A stretch of DNA of 64,000 nucleotides, taken from Bacteriovoracia bacterium. GTDB lineage: Bacteria; Bdellovibrionota; UBA1018; CAIPTA01. The position numbers and the translations under genes were made by a program. The notes under the pieces are model-generated. The model worked only from the letters and a program-made list of their open reading frames with translations. It was not told the DNA's origin and did no database searches. Of this stretch, positions 30,629 to 39,469 are shown piece by piece. The stretch spans positions 800,001 to 864,000 of the forward strand of contig JBFWVL010000001.1 of NCBI GenBank assembly GCA_050246755.1, written 5' to 3'. Position 1 is the first letter of the stretch. Each line of letters starts with the position of its first letter.

Positions 30629-31663
30629 TTATAAAACGTTGATGGTTAAACTTTGCGGCGAACCGACTGGCCGCCGACCCGCGGTAAGCTCATTCTCTGC
30701 TCTCTCGATAAGGAGAAGATTGCGCGCTTTCTCTTGTTCGAGGGCCGCGATCGTATCGGGGTCTGTCGTCTCACTTAGAGCCTTTTCTATTCTTTCGTTT
30801 TCGCATTGCAGAAAATCAACGGTCTGATTAAGGCTCTCGGCGAGATGCCGGTCCTGCAAATACACGGAGACGGTCCAGGTTTTTTGCCCGACGGAGTCGA
30901 GTGGCGGGGTAACGGCGACAGCGAAATTTCTCGAAGCGTTTCTAACTGGCAGCGCTTCTCCTTCGAGAGTGGAGGTGGAAAAATATTCGAAGTCAGAGCT
31001 CTCAGGGGCGGCAAGGTAATGTACGACCAAGCTTGCGCTCTGCCCCAACTGATAATTCGCCTGATTTGAGCCGAGCTTAAACAGCGGATTTACCGGAACA
31101 GGCGGCGAAGGAGGATTACGAACGACTTCAATTCCGTTAATTTGCGCATGATCGACGACAGTCGCAAAATCAATCACGATATTGCCAAGGCCATTAGCCT
31201 GAGCGCTTACTTCCCGAACAACCGCAATATTTTTTCCGCCCGCCTCAGCGAAGATATCGAAATTCGTGAGGGAAGGTACGCTGCTCCCATTTACGAAGAC
31301 ATTGAATATGCGGGCTCCAGGAACGCTCCAATAAATTTCCGCCAGATGAAATCGGATCAAATATGACGCGCCCGCGCTAAGCCCGCCCACGACGTAGTTA
31401 AAATTTCCGTAACGAACCGACCTATATACTTCCTCTGGCGCAGGATTCACTACGTTCGCGCGATTAATCGGCAGCGTGCTCTCATAAGTAGCTCCCCCGC
31501 TGAAATCCATATCGGCCGAGAAATTCCCTATAGCCACGGCAGAACCACTATTGATCGCTACCTCGTCAACAGAAAAATTTCTTACTTTTGCTTCGGCGAA
31601 CGCCGAGCCAGAGAGCACAGAGAAAAAACACAGAATAGAAAAATATGCCTTCAACACAATCAT
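30629..31663 (-). CDS. Secreted malectin-domain protein with C-terminal shared module
   Basis: AINSG, VYRSVRYGNFNY, FHLAEIYW..GARIFNVFVNG, FDIFAEAGG, INGIEV; Pro linker PPSPPVPVNP. Confidence 0.88.
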   Translation of the reverse strand: MIVLKAYFSILCFFSVLSGSAFAEAKVRNFSVDEVAINSGSAVAIGNFSADMDFSGGATYESTLPINRANVVNPAPEEVYRSVRYGNFNYVVGGLSAGASYLIRFHLAEIYWSVPGARIFNVFVNGSSVPSLTNFDIFAEAGGKNIAVVREVSAQANGLGNIVIDFATVVDHAQINGIEVVRNPPSPPVPVNPLFKLGSNQANYQLGQSASLVVHYLAAPESSDFEYFSTSTLEGEALPVRNASRNFAVAVTPPLDSVGQKTWTVSVYLQDRHLAESLNQTVDFLQCENERIEKALSETTDPDTIAALEQEKARNLLLIERAENELTAGRRPVGSPQSLTINVL

Positions 31664-32228
31664 CCTTAATCACACCCGCAGCAGAAATTCTCATTCTTAA
31701 GAATCCCCCGACAACCACGTGCACGTTATAAAAAATATAAATCTAGTTTTAAATTTGTTTACTTGCTCCAACTACCGATGAATAAGCTAAGGCCTTGCAC
31801 AAAATGCCGCAAGCAATATTTCTACTGGGCACGAAGCAAATCTTAAAAAGATATATATCGCCCCGCATTGTGCGTAACCAAAGCTAGCTAGATTGTCATT
31901 TGCGAAAACAATGGCAAAATAGACTCGATGCAGATTTATAAGAATATGTATTTTTGTTTATTTTATCTCTCGCACCGTGGAGATAGGGGCCAAAATCCCA
32001 GTCTCGGATCAAAATAAAAAACAAACGCGCCGAGATCAAAAAGGCTCAACCCGATAAAATGAAAAAGGCCGCCCCCAGGTAACAGCCAACCGGAGGGGAG
32101 TAGCCTAAAGGCACAGACATGACTTTTATCGATTATAAAAGACGCCTCAAACAAAGTGGGCTCCCTTAGACAGTCGCGCAGGAGAACGCTTAGAAGCCAT
32201 GAGGCATATGGAATCGGGCAAAAACTAC

Positions 32229-32537
32229 CTACTCTGCCCGCCTTACCTTCTGCGGACCATTTTTTTCGCCTAGCGCCGAAGCTAAAATCTCTCTTTCGGT
32301 AGCGTTAATAATGTCAATCAACTCGCTGGCAGGAATATCATATAGCCTAATCAGCACCTTTAGTTTCTTAACCGGTGGAAGCGCTATCCCTCTCTCGAAA
32401 TTGGAAATAAATTGAGCCGAGGAATACCCTAACAGCCGAGCCACACGCCCTTGGGTAAGATTTTTAGCCGCACGGGCCGCCTGCAAATAAACACCCACTT
32501 CTTCATATTTCCTAGAAATCAAATATTGTTTCGTCAT
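32229..32537 (-). CDS. XRE/Cro-family helix-turn-helix regulator
   Basis: LQAARAAKNLTQGRVARLLGYSSAQFISNFERG. Confidence 0.88.
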   Translation of the reverse strand: MTKQYLISRKYEEVGVYLQAARAAKNLTQGRVARLLGYSSAQFISNFERGIALPPVKKLKVLIRLYDIPASELIDIINATEREILASALGEKNGPQKVRRAE

Positions 32538-32805
32538 CGTCGTTCCAAGGTTAAGAATTTCTTCCCGTCACCCTCACTTAGTTACCGAAATGTGTACCGA
32601 ATATATACTTAATATTAATCAGCCAAAAACTTTTTAAAATGGGCGTTTGCTTTTGCCATCAAATCACCTTTCTGCGCCGAATCAATGCGTTTCTATTTGA
32701 CAGAACATCAATATATTAAAGTTATATATATTCTCCTTAAGAGAGCAACGGGCTTAACCGATAGATCGGAGGCCACGGCACAAACGAAAGCGACATGGGT
32801 ACTCA

Positions 32806-33741
32806 ATGCAAAAGGCCTCTTACTCTCGGATAACGCAACAACTCGACTTTTACCCCAACGCGGGCCCCCTGGTGGCTCACATTACTGGGGATGCATTTAT
32901 TCTAACGGCATTTCTTTTTACCAATCACGGTAAACTCTATGCTGTATCGCAACTATTGCTTCCGCTTCTAATGTTTCGCGCCTTCGCCCTAATGCACGAT
33001 TGCGTGCACGGAAGCGCGACAAAAATAAAGGCACTAGGAGATGGCATCGGCATTGTCACGGGAGCCCTTTGCCTTCTTCCCTATGAGCCTTGGAAAAAAA
33101 TTCATCTGCTGCACCATAAGTGGACAGGCAATCTAGATCAAGACCCGTCCATGGGCCTTATTAAGCAGTTTCCGGCATTCAGTCGCGCGCGGGTGAGTAT
33201 TCTAAATTTCTGCTGGCGGCATAGGCTTCCCGGCCTGGCGATTTCCCAGCATTTTGTCTTCTGGGCGAAGTCTTATAAATTCGTGCTCACTGCCGAAAGT
33301 CGGGCGGAAAAAGTGAAAAACGCGCTTTCGATTCTTGTTCCGATACTTCTGTACGCAGTGTTTAGTTGGACGAAAAACGTTCCGGGCCTACTGCTTTACC
33401 TGGCAATGGTCGAGATCATTAACTTTCCTCACCACCTGCAAATGCCCATGCTAGAAGGAAGAAATTCTTTTCCCGTATATGAGCAACATCAGACGGCGCG
33501 CTCATGCCATTATCCAAGATGGTTTTCCCGGAATGCACTTAATAATTTTAATCTCCACATCGAGCACCATCTCTTTCCGCGCCTGCCCTGGTACCGATTA
33601 GACACCGCTCGCGATCTCGTACGCGCCGAACTCCAGGGCGAATATACGGCAGGCAATGATTGGATGCGGGAGAATCGACAATGGCCCATCGAAAAAGTTC
33701 TCGCTAAGAATCTGACCCCACCAGCAGAAAAGGCGGCATAG
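32806..33741 (+). CDS. Membrane fatty-acid desaturase family protein
   Basis: Three His boxes HDCVH, HLLHH, HIEHH(LFP); hydrophobic segments. Confidence 0.9.
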   Translation: MQKASYSRITQQLDFYPNAGPLVAHITGDAFILTAFLFTNHGKLYAVSQLLLPLLMFRAFALMHDCVHGSATKIKALGDGIGIVTGALCLLPYEPWKKIHLLHHKWTGNLDQDPSMGLIKQFPAFSRARVSILNFCWRHRLPGLAISQHFVFWAKSYKFVLTAESRAEKVKNALSILVPILLYAVFSWTKNVPGLLLYLAMVEIINFPHHLQMPMLEGRNSFPVYEQHQTARSCHYPRWFSRNALNNFNLHIEHHLFPRLPWYRLDTARDLVRAELQGEYTAGNDWMRENRQWPIEKVLAKNLTPPAEKAA

Positions 33742-33745
33742 GAAA

Positions 33746-34444
33746 ATGGAAAAATTATCAAACGTCTCCGCTTACAAACTATTCATATTGCCGGGACGCT
33801 GTCCGGCGGGCTTTGAGCACATATCGTTCCACAACGAGGTTTATGCTTTTTGGAAGCAATTCTGGGCAAGCGTGTTTAAAGAGAACAATACCCCAAGCGC
33901 TCCCGACGCCAATATCTTCTACCGCCAGGATTTCGTGGGTGTAGTGACGAAAGAAGAAAAAATCGTTGGTACGGTGTTCTTCACCGAAAACAATTTAGCG
34001 AGCGATGTAGTGTCCGAGATCGGCTACTTTTCCCGCCCCTATGTGAATGAGTTCAGCCAAAGAATGCGACGAGATAAAATTCATACGTTGTCGACCTTAG
34101 AAATGCTGACGGTGGCGCCTGAATTTCGAAAAAAAGTAGCAGGCATCTCATTTGGTACTGTCCTAATCGGAATCGTAATGGAAGCCTTTAAGGCTAGCGG
34201 CGCCGAGATCATTTTTGGCCCTGTGCGTACGGACAATGGCGCGGACAAGCTCCTGATCGATTTTGGCTGGAAACTAATTTCCGACGTCTACTCCATGCAC
34301 GGCACACCGGTGGCCCTCTCAGCCCTCTTTCGCGATGATCTCAAAGCAAGCGAAAGCTCTCTTCACCAAAAACTGGTCGAAGATCTCTGGCATAACCGCA
34401 TGGATTTGCGCAAATCTGATCTAAGGATGCTGAAGGCAGCCTAG
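33746..34444 (+). CDS. GNAT-fold acyltransferase, possibly LuxI/FeeM-like N-acyl synthase
   Basis: KIVGTVFF strand, motif-A-like LEMLTVAPEFRKKVAG, motif-B-like ADKLLIDFGW; 4 bp downstream of the desaturase. Confidence 0.55.
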   Translation: MEKLSNVSAYKLFILPGRCPAGFEHISFHNEVYAFWKQFWASVFKENNTPSAPDANIFYRQDFVGVVTKEEKIVGTVFFTENNLASDVVSEIGYFSRPYVNEFSQRMRRDKIHTLSTLEMLTVAPEFRKKVAGISFGTVLIGIVMEAFKASGAEIIFGPVRTDNGADKLLIDFGWKLISDVYSMHGTPVALSALFRDDLKASESSLHQKLVEDLWHNRMDLRKSDLRMLKAA

Positions 34445-34449
34445 TTATT

Positions 34450-35160
34450 TTAGATAAAATGAATGCTCTCACCCGTCTGATCGCTGCTAGCAAGCACTTC
34501 TTTAGCAGTGGTGGAGGCTATCCAAGCAATCGCTTGGCCGTCCCGAAGTAGCGGAGCGATATGACCAAATGTTACTTTCACGATTTTTCGGTTTTCAGTC
34601 GCGCGCTCGCGCATATAGTGCTCTGGCCCCTCAAGAGGTAGGCACGTCTTCATTTTGGCAACCTTTTCCACATGATCAAGAATGATATTCGTAACGGATT
34701 TGGATCGCTCATAGAGGTAGTCCCAGCTACGTCCGAAAAAATCATCGATCGTATAGTCGGAAATATCAAAGAAGGTCAGATTACGAAAAAGCTGCGTTCC
34801 CTCGAAATCGAAAATTTCTACGATTTCCTCTCCCGTTAGCTGGTTAATGAACTCTTCTGGGATCGAGACGCGAAACCGGAAGGCAATCGACCGTAATGCC
34901 TGCCGGGGATTACGAAGGGCATCGATGCTTTCTTCTTCGAGGTCCTGGCAGATGAGAAAATAATCTCGAAGCTGCCTAAAATATTTTTCCTTGTCGGCAA
35001 TGGGTAGGAGACGGAAATGCTCTAGGCCACCCGCCGAAAAGGTACGCCTGTTGATCCCGTTACGAAGGAGGAAATGCTGAAATTGATTCACAAGCGCCAG
35101 GTATTGTTGATCAATCTCCCCTGACTGGAGCTCGTGAGCTTTTTTTAGGGAAACCTGCAT
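34450..35160 (-). CDS. Hypothetical protein with probable C-terminal PAS-like domain
   Basis: IVEIFDFEGTQLFRNLTFFDISDYTIDDFFGRSWDYLY fits the PAS N-terminal pattern (D..G.I.f.N..F....GY..ee..G); ends with PLLRDGQAIAWIAS beta-hairpin. Confidence 0.55.
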   Translation of the reverse strand: MQVSLKKAHELQSGEIDQQYLALVNQFQHFLLRNGINRRTFSAGGLEHFRLLPIADKEKYFRQLRDYFLICQDLEEESIDALRNPRQALRSIAFRFRVSIPEEFINQLTGEEIVEIFDFEGTQLFRNLTFFDISDYTIDDFFGRSWDYLYERSKSVTNIILDHVEKVAKMKTCLPLEGPEHYMRERATENRKIVKVTFGHIAPLLRDGQAIAWIASTTAKEVLASSDQTGESIHFI

Positions 35161-35291
35161 TCGATTCCTGTTTTCTTTCTACTAATATATTTATGCTGTT
35201 ATTTACCCAGGCCTGACACATTAAGTCAACAATTTTCTAGGACCCCGTCCTTTCCTATTTTTTGCGGTGACCGTGGCGACAGAGAAAAAAT

Positions 35292-36938
35292 TTAAACTAT
35301 TGCTCGCACAAACTTAGCCGCCTCTTGGGCCGCCGTGAAGCAGCTCTCGAAAGCTGGGCTCATATAATTATCCTGATTCGCAAAAGCAATCCGGCCATGA
35401 GGCGCCGAAATAAACTCAAACGTGCTTCCCGTGAGCATTCCCGGTTGCGCGAGCGGAAGAGAATGTCCCCAGCGGGTTACGCGGATGCCCTCGATGGAAT
35501 CGGCCGGAAGCCCGAGGCTCACGAGAGTTTTGGGAAATTCCTTTTCGATCTCATCTTTGATGCGCTTATGCGCCACCTCGCTCGAAACCAAGCTGCGCGC
35601 ACCCTCGAAGGGGTACGGCTTGTACAAAGTAAGCACGGATTGCCCTTTGCCACGATCGGCCCAGCCGGCGAATACGAAATCGGCCCAAGGACGATCCGTG
35701 CGGGAGCCGAACGTAGGCGAGGCCGGAACTTTTCCTTCGAGGGAGAAAATATCGAAGGCCGGTGCGGAAACGTTCGTCTTCAGCAATACGTTGCAAACCG
35801 CGTAGGCGCGGTAGAGCAATTCTTTCCAAGTATCGTCGCGATCGGAATCGAGCCCTTTCACGATATAACGGGCCACGTACTTGGGAGCGGCCATCACCAC
35901 GGCATTCGCCTTCAGTAAGCGGATTTTTCCCGTATTGTCTTCGTAGAGAATCTCTATCCCGTCGGCCACGTTCTTTACTTCGAGTACCATCGAGTGGGAT
36001 TTGAGATTCTCGGCTGGAAGTTTTTCCATTAAAGACTGATGGAGCGCCACGCCGATGGCGGCATTTCCACCGGGAAATGCGATCACGCCTTGGGTTTCGG
36101 CGCAGATGAAATTCAGGAACTGCGCGGCGGAAAGCTCGTCGAGCGAGCCCCCAAAAGAAGACCAGCAGTAGATCTGGAAAAACTCCTCCACGTGCGGATG
36201 AAGATCGGGGAATTTTTTTCCTAACCAAGCTTTGGCCGTTTGGTTGTCGAGGGCACGGAATTCTTCCTGGGTGAGGTCACTGTTTTGGGTCCAGGGAATT
36301 TCCGGGTAGGCTTCGCGGTAGATGCGGGAGAGCTCGGCGGTAACTTTTGCGACAGCCTCGCGGCGGGCGGGATCGGTTTCGCCCCGCCAGATTTTCTTGA
36401 GGCCGGAGAAGCTTACTTGCACATCTTCGGGATTTTCCCTCCGATAGGATGGGGCGATGCCGATTTCCGCAAATAATTTCTCGATCTCTCCGCCCTCTTC
36501 CGGCACGCCGATATATGCGGCGCCGATGGAAAAAGCCGAGCCACGGTATTCCTCGCCCTTAGAATTTCCCCCAAAGGCCGGCGCCTGCTCGAAAAGAACC
36601 GGAGATTGATCGCGAAGGGCATAGGCACTTAGTAGCCCCGACATTCCTCCCCCCACCACCGCCACCTTCGTGAACTCCGCGGAGGTTGGCCGCCCGCCTT
36701 TTCCGCGCACGTAATTTTCCACGTTCCAGAGGAGATCGTGCGGGCGGGAAATATCGTCGCCATTGAAAGCTCCGCTCCCGAAGGGGCCGGATATTTTCTG
36801 TATCGGGGAGGCAGAAGGGATTTCGAAAGTTTCTCCGGCGTGCGCCAGCGGGAATCGGAGCAAAGGAAATCCGCGGCTGAAGCCGTAGAGGCCCAAGCCC
36901 GCGGTAGCGCATCTTTGGAGGAACTTTCTTCGGTCCAT
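35292..36938 (-). CDS. Tat-exported FAD-dependent oxidoreductase (amine-oxidase/HemY-like)
   Basis: MDRRKFL twin-arginine signal; VVGGGMSGLLSA Rossmann motif, FEQ...GG, RWGHSLP; ATG 36938 overlaps the upstream TAA. Confidence 0.85.
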   Translation of the reverse strand: MDRRKFLQRCATAGLGLYGFSRGFPLLRFPLAHAGETFEIPSASPIQKISGPFGSGAFNGDDISRPHDLLWNVENYVRGKGGRPTSAEFTKVAVVGGGMSGLLSAYALRDQSPVLFEQAPAFGGNSKGEEYRGSAFSIGAAYIGVPEEGGEIEKLFAEIGIAPSYRRENPEDVQVSFSGLKKIWRGETDPARREAVAKVTAELSRIYREAYPEIPWTQNSDLTQEEFRALDNQTAKAWLGKKFPDLHPHVEEFFQIYCWSSFGGSLDELSAAQFLNFICAETQGVIAFPGGNAAIGVALHQSLMEKLPAENLKSHSMVLEVKNVADGIEILYEDNTGKIRLLKANAVVMAAPKYVARYIVKGLDSDRDDTWKELLYRAYAVCNVLLKTNVSAPAFDIFSLEGKVPASPTFGSRTDRPWADFVFAGWADRGKGQSVLTLYKPYPFEGARSLVSSEVAHKRIKDEIEKEFPKTLVSLGLPADSIEGIRVTRWGHSLPLAQPGMLTGSTFEFISAPHGRIAFANQDNYMSPAFESCFTAAQEAAKFVRAIV

Positions 36939-37222
36939 TAGATCGCCGTGCATTCCCAGACTACGGGATTTACCGATTCGTTCTCGCGGCAATCGTATTT
37001 GAGCTGGGTACGGTCTTTGAGAGAAATTTCCACGGCAAAACGCTCGTGGCCAGTCAGGGTTGCACTGATCGAATAGAATTGGCGGCGCACGTCTGGAGTT
37101 TGGCTGCGCTGAAACAATTCGGTGGCGGCGAGAACGGCATCGGACGATTGCTTGGCCACGGAGCCGTGCGCGTGGGCCAGCGTGGGGAGAACAGAGAGAG
37201 CGAGCACGAGGATAGCTTTCAT
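36938..37222 (-). CDS. Small secreted protein (94 aa)
   Basis: MKAILVLALSVLPTLAHA|HGS signal peptide; two C-terminal Cys; TAATG-coupled to the oxidoreductase. Confidence 0.75.
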   Translation of the reverse strand: MKAILVLALSVLPTLAHAHGSVAKQSSDAVLAATELFQRSQTPDVRRQFYSISATLTGHERFAVEISLKDRTQLKYDCRENESVNPVVWECTAI

Positions 37223-37300
37223 GGGGATTTTCCTTATCGATAAAGATTTTTTGGGGTTGCGATCCGTTGTTATCCCGAAGGCCACCAGGAGTGCAATTTA

Positions 37301-37319
37301 TTTGATAATGGTTATCAAA
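37301..37319. promoter_or_regulatory. Fur-family box (7-1-7 palindrome)
   Basis: TTTGATAA-TGG-TTATCAAA; core TGATAATGGTTATCA differs by one base from TGATAATnATTATCA. Confidence 0.7.
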
Positions 37320-37452
37320 ATCGCCAAATGGCCTTTCCGAAGAGACAGCGAAGGAAAGGCCTATTTCGATCCTGCCTTTGCCCCATTATATTGTCGTCAC
37401 TTCCCCCTTCATCGCCCCATTGCTCAAAAAAATACCTATGTATTTCAAATAT

Positions 37453-37467
37453 TTATAACCATAATCA
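37453..37467. promoter_or_regulatory. Second, weaker Fur-like box
   Basis: TTATAACCATAATCA has 2 mismatches to the reverse complement of the 37303-37317 site. Confidence 0.4.
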
Positions 37468-37585
37468 ATATCCGACTATTTTAGTTAACTATGGGCAGCA
37501 TTTCCTGTATACTAATCAGCGAACCCCTCTTTGCGCCCACGCCTCTACCGCCGGACTCAAAGATTTTCGCTACCCAGAGGACGTT

Positions 37586-38575
37586 ATGAAACCAAGCACC
37601 CTGTTTGCCCTAATCACCCTCGTTACCATCTTTGCCCATCCCGCCCACGCCGCAGTGCCCGCGGAACAAGAGCTTACCGAACAAGAGATTCCCGCCACCG
37701 ACGATGACAGCGACGAAGTGGCCGCGAAAGCCAGTACCATCATTAAAGGCGCCATGCAAAACGTGGTGTGCGTGCAGTCCACCACCCTTAACGTCCGCAA
37801 CAGCAATCTCCGCAAAGTTCTCTTCAACGTAAAGCGCTACGAAAAAGTAAAAATGTTTCAAGGCTGGGGTAAAAACTCCCAGGTAAAACGCCTAGGCGGC
37901 AAGCGCCATACGTTCGTAAAAGTTCAATTCCCCGACCGCGACGACAAAATGGGATGGATTGCCAAAGGATTCATTAAACCCGCGTCCCAATGTGGTGGCG
38001 CCGTGAAAGAAGAAAAGAAAATCGTGGAGCAAGCCGAGAGGGAAAATCCTCCTGCCCGCGTTAGCGTGGCCGGTCTTAACGACGAAAAATGCTGTGAGTT
38101 TCCGTTAGCCACCGCCCCGCTTAAACCCATTACCTCTCCCGGGATGTGGAATTTCGGCTGGAGACGCAACGGCGGAAAGCGCACGCACGCCGCATGCGAC
38201 CTATACCACTCCAAAGGCGATGCCGTGGTGGCCGTTGCTCCCGGCGTGGTGGTACGTGATCGCTATTACTTTTACCAAAACACCTACGCCCTCGAAGTGC
38301 GCCACGCCGGCGGCTTCGTGGTTCGCTACGGTGAAATCCTCGGCAAGCAAGCCGCGGGAGTTTCTTCGGGCCGCCGTGTAGAATCTGGCCAAACCGTGGG
38401 TTACATGGGGAAAACCAGCCACCCCGTGCCGATGCTACACTTTGAATTGTATAAAGGCACCGCGCAAGGCTCGCTCAGCGGCCGCGGGAATAAATACCAG
38501 CGTCGATCTGACTTGCTCGACCCCACCCAGTATCTGGTAAAGTGGGAAAGCGCGAAATTCCGCGATCGTAAGTAA
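37586..38575 (+). CDS. Secreted M23-family peptidase with SH3b-like domain
   Basis: Signal peptide from ATG 37586 (GAGG RBS); TLNVR...GWIAKGFI (SH3b-like); THAACDL, VVAVAPGVV, GQTVGYMG, LHFELY, LDPTQYL. Confidence 0.85.
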   Translation: MKPSTLFALITLVTIFAHPAHAAVPAEQELTEQEIPATDDDSDEVAAKASTIIKGAMQNVVCVQSTTLNVRNSNLRKVLFNVKRYEKVKMFQGWGKNSQVKRLGGKRHTFVKVQFPDRDDKMGWIAKGFIKPASQCGGAVKEEKKIVEQAERENPPARVSVAGLNDEKCCEFPLATAPLKPITSPGMWNFGWRRNGGKRTHAACDLYHSKGDAVVAVAPGVVVRDRYYFYQNTYALEVRHAGGFVVRYGEILGKQAAGVSSGRRVESGQTVGYMGKTSHPVPMLHFELYKGTAQGSLSGRGNKYQRRSDLLDPTQYLVKWESAKFRDRK

Positions 38576-38625
38576 GCCGGCCATTGCCGCGCTCCTGCCG
38601 GTCGCCTGACCTGGGAGCCTAAGCA

Positions 38626-39462
38626 ATGAATAAGAAAATAATCTATGTCGCAATCGCATTAGCCGTGGCCATCTCCGCCGCGGCTTTTGTTTTTAGCAAG
38701 AAGAGCTATTCTCCGGGCGAGTCTTCCGCGGTGATGAATTCCGAAACGGAAGGTGGCGCGGCGGGGTCGTCCGCGACCCCGGGCTCTTCCGCTCCTTCTG
38801 CTAGCAGCGAGGATGCTAACCAGGCTTCTTCCTCTTCCACGTCTTCCCCTCCCCCCTCCAGCGGACCCTCTTTGCCGGTCAACGACGCCGCGGGCTCCAA
38901 GGCCAGCAAGTGGGCGGAAGTCCCCCTCTCCGCGAAGGAAATAAAATCGGTACGCGTAATGAGCGCCACGCTCGTAAAATTTCTCGACCCTAAAATGGGA
39001 AATCCCGATCTCCTGGTGAAAGAATTCAATAAGGCTGGCATGCAAGCGGTGATGGCTAAAGACTTCAACCAGTACACCGGGAAAATGATAGTCGTGCGCT
39101 GTAATAACCCTCCGCCGGGAACGCGCTGCTGCCATGCTCAATACTTCGAGGACGAAAACAAAAAATCTTTCCTGCAGCATATGTCGTTCGAGGTAAGGCC
39201 GGGGAAAGGCGCGATGGAGCAAGTTATTAGCTCTCTAGAAGAAGCGCTGAAGCCTCTTAAGCTGGGAAAACTGGAAAAGCCCGTTTCGAAAACCGAAGAC
39301 AAGGTTCACTGGGAACTGCAGGAAGATTATACCGCCACCATCAAAAAGCTTTCTACCGCGGACGACCTAAAGAACGATCCCTTCTGCGCTCACGATCCCG
39401 AAGAAGACAAGGATTCCTATAAAGTAATGGTGGAAATGGCGCCGGACGACGACCATGACTAG
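38626..39462 (+). CDS. Membrane-anchored hypothetical protein with Ser/Pro-rich linker
   Basis: N-terminal TM helix, low-complexity S/P/A linker, Cys-containing globular C-terminus. Confidence 0.75.
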   Translation: MNKKIIYVAIALAVAISAAAFVFSKKSYSPGESSAVMNSETEGGAAGSSATPGSSAPSASSEDANQASSSSTSSPPPSSGPSLPVNDAAGSKASKWAEVPLSAKEIKSVRVMSATLVKFLDPKMGNPDLLVKEFNKAGMQAVMAKDFNQYTGKMIVVRCNNPPPGTRCCHAQYFEDENKKSFLQHMSFEVRPGKGAMEQVISSLEEALKPLKLGKLEKPVSKTEDKVHWELQEDYTATIKKLSTADDLKNDPFCAHDPEEDKDSYKVMVEMAPDDDHD

Positions 39463-39469
39463 GCCCCGC

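Larger units (their letters stand above)
20400..35250. other. tRNA-Gly-adjacent accessory region (putative genomic island, no integrase seen)
   Basis: Begins right after the tRNA; visibly more AT-rich than the flanks with long AT-rich spacers; surface-modification and secreted-protein cargo; no att repeat found by eye, so boundaries are approximate. Confidence 0.5.

Noticed and set aside
33746-34444. Calling this gene luxI
   Set aside because: The conserved N-terminal LuxI residues (R..F...W, E.D..D) are not clearly present; only a general GNAT resemblance is supportable
20370-35290. Prophage or integrative element at tRNA-Gly
   Set aside because: No integrase, transposase or phage genes, and no repeat of the tRNA 3' end found by eye; reported only as an accessory region
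37328-37585. N-terminal extension of the M23 ORF
   Set aside because: Runs through the AT-rich regulatory spacer; ATG 37586 has an RBS and a signal peptide
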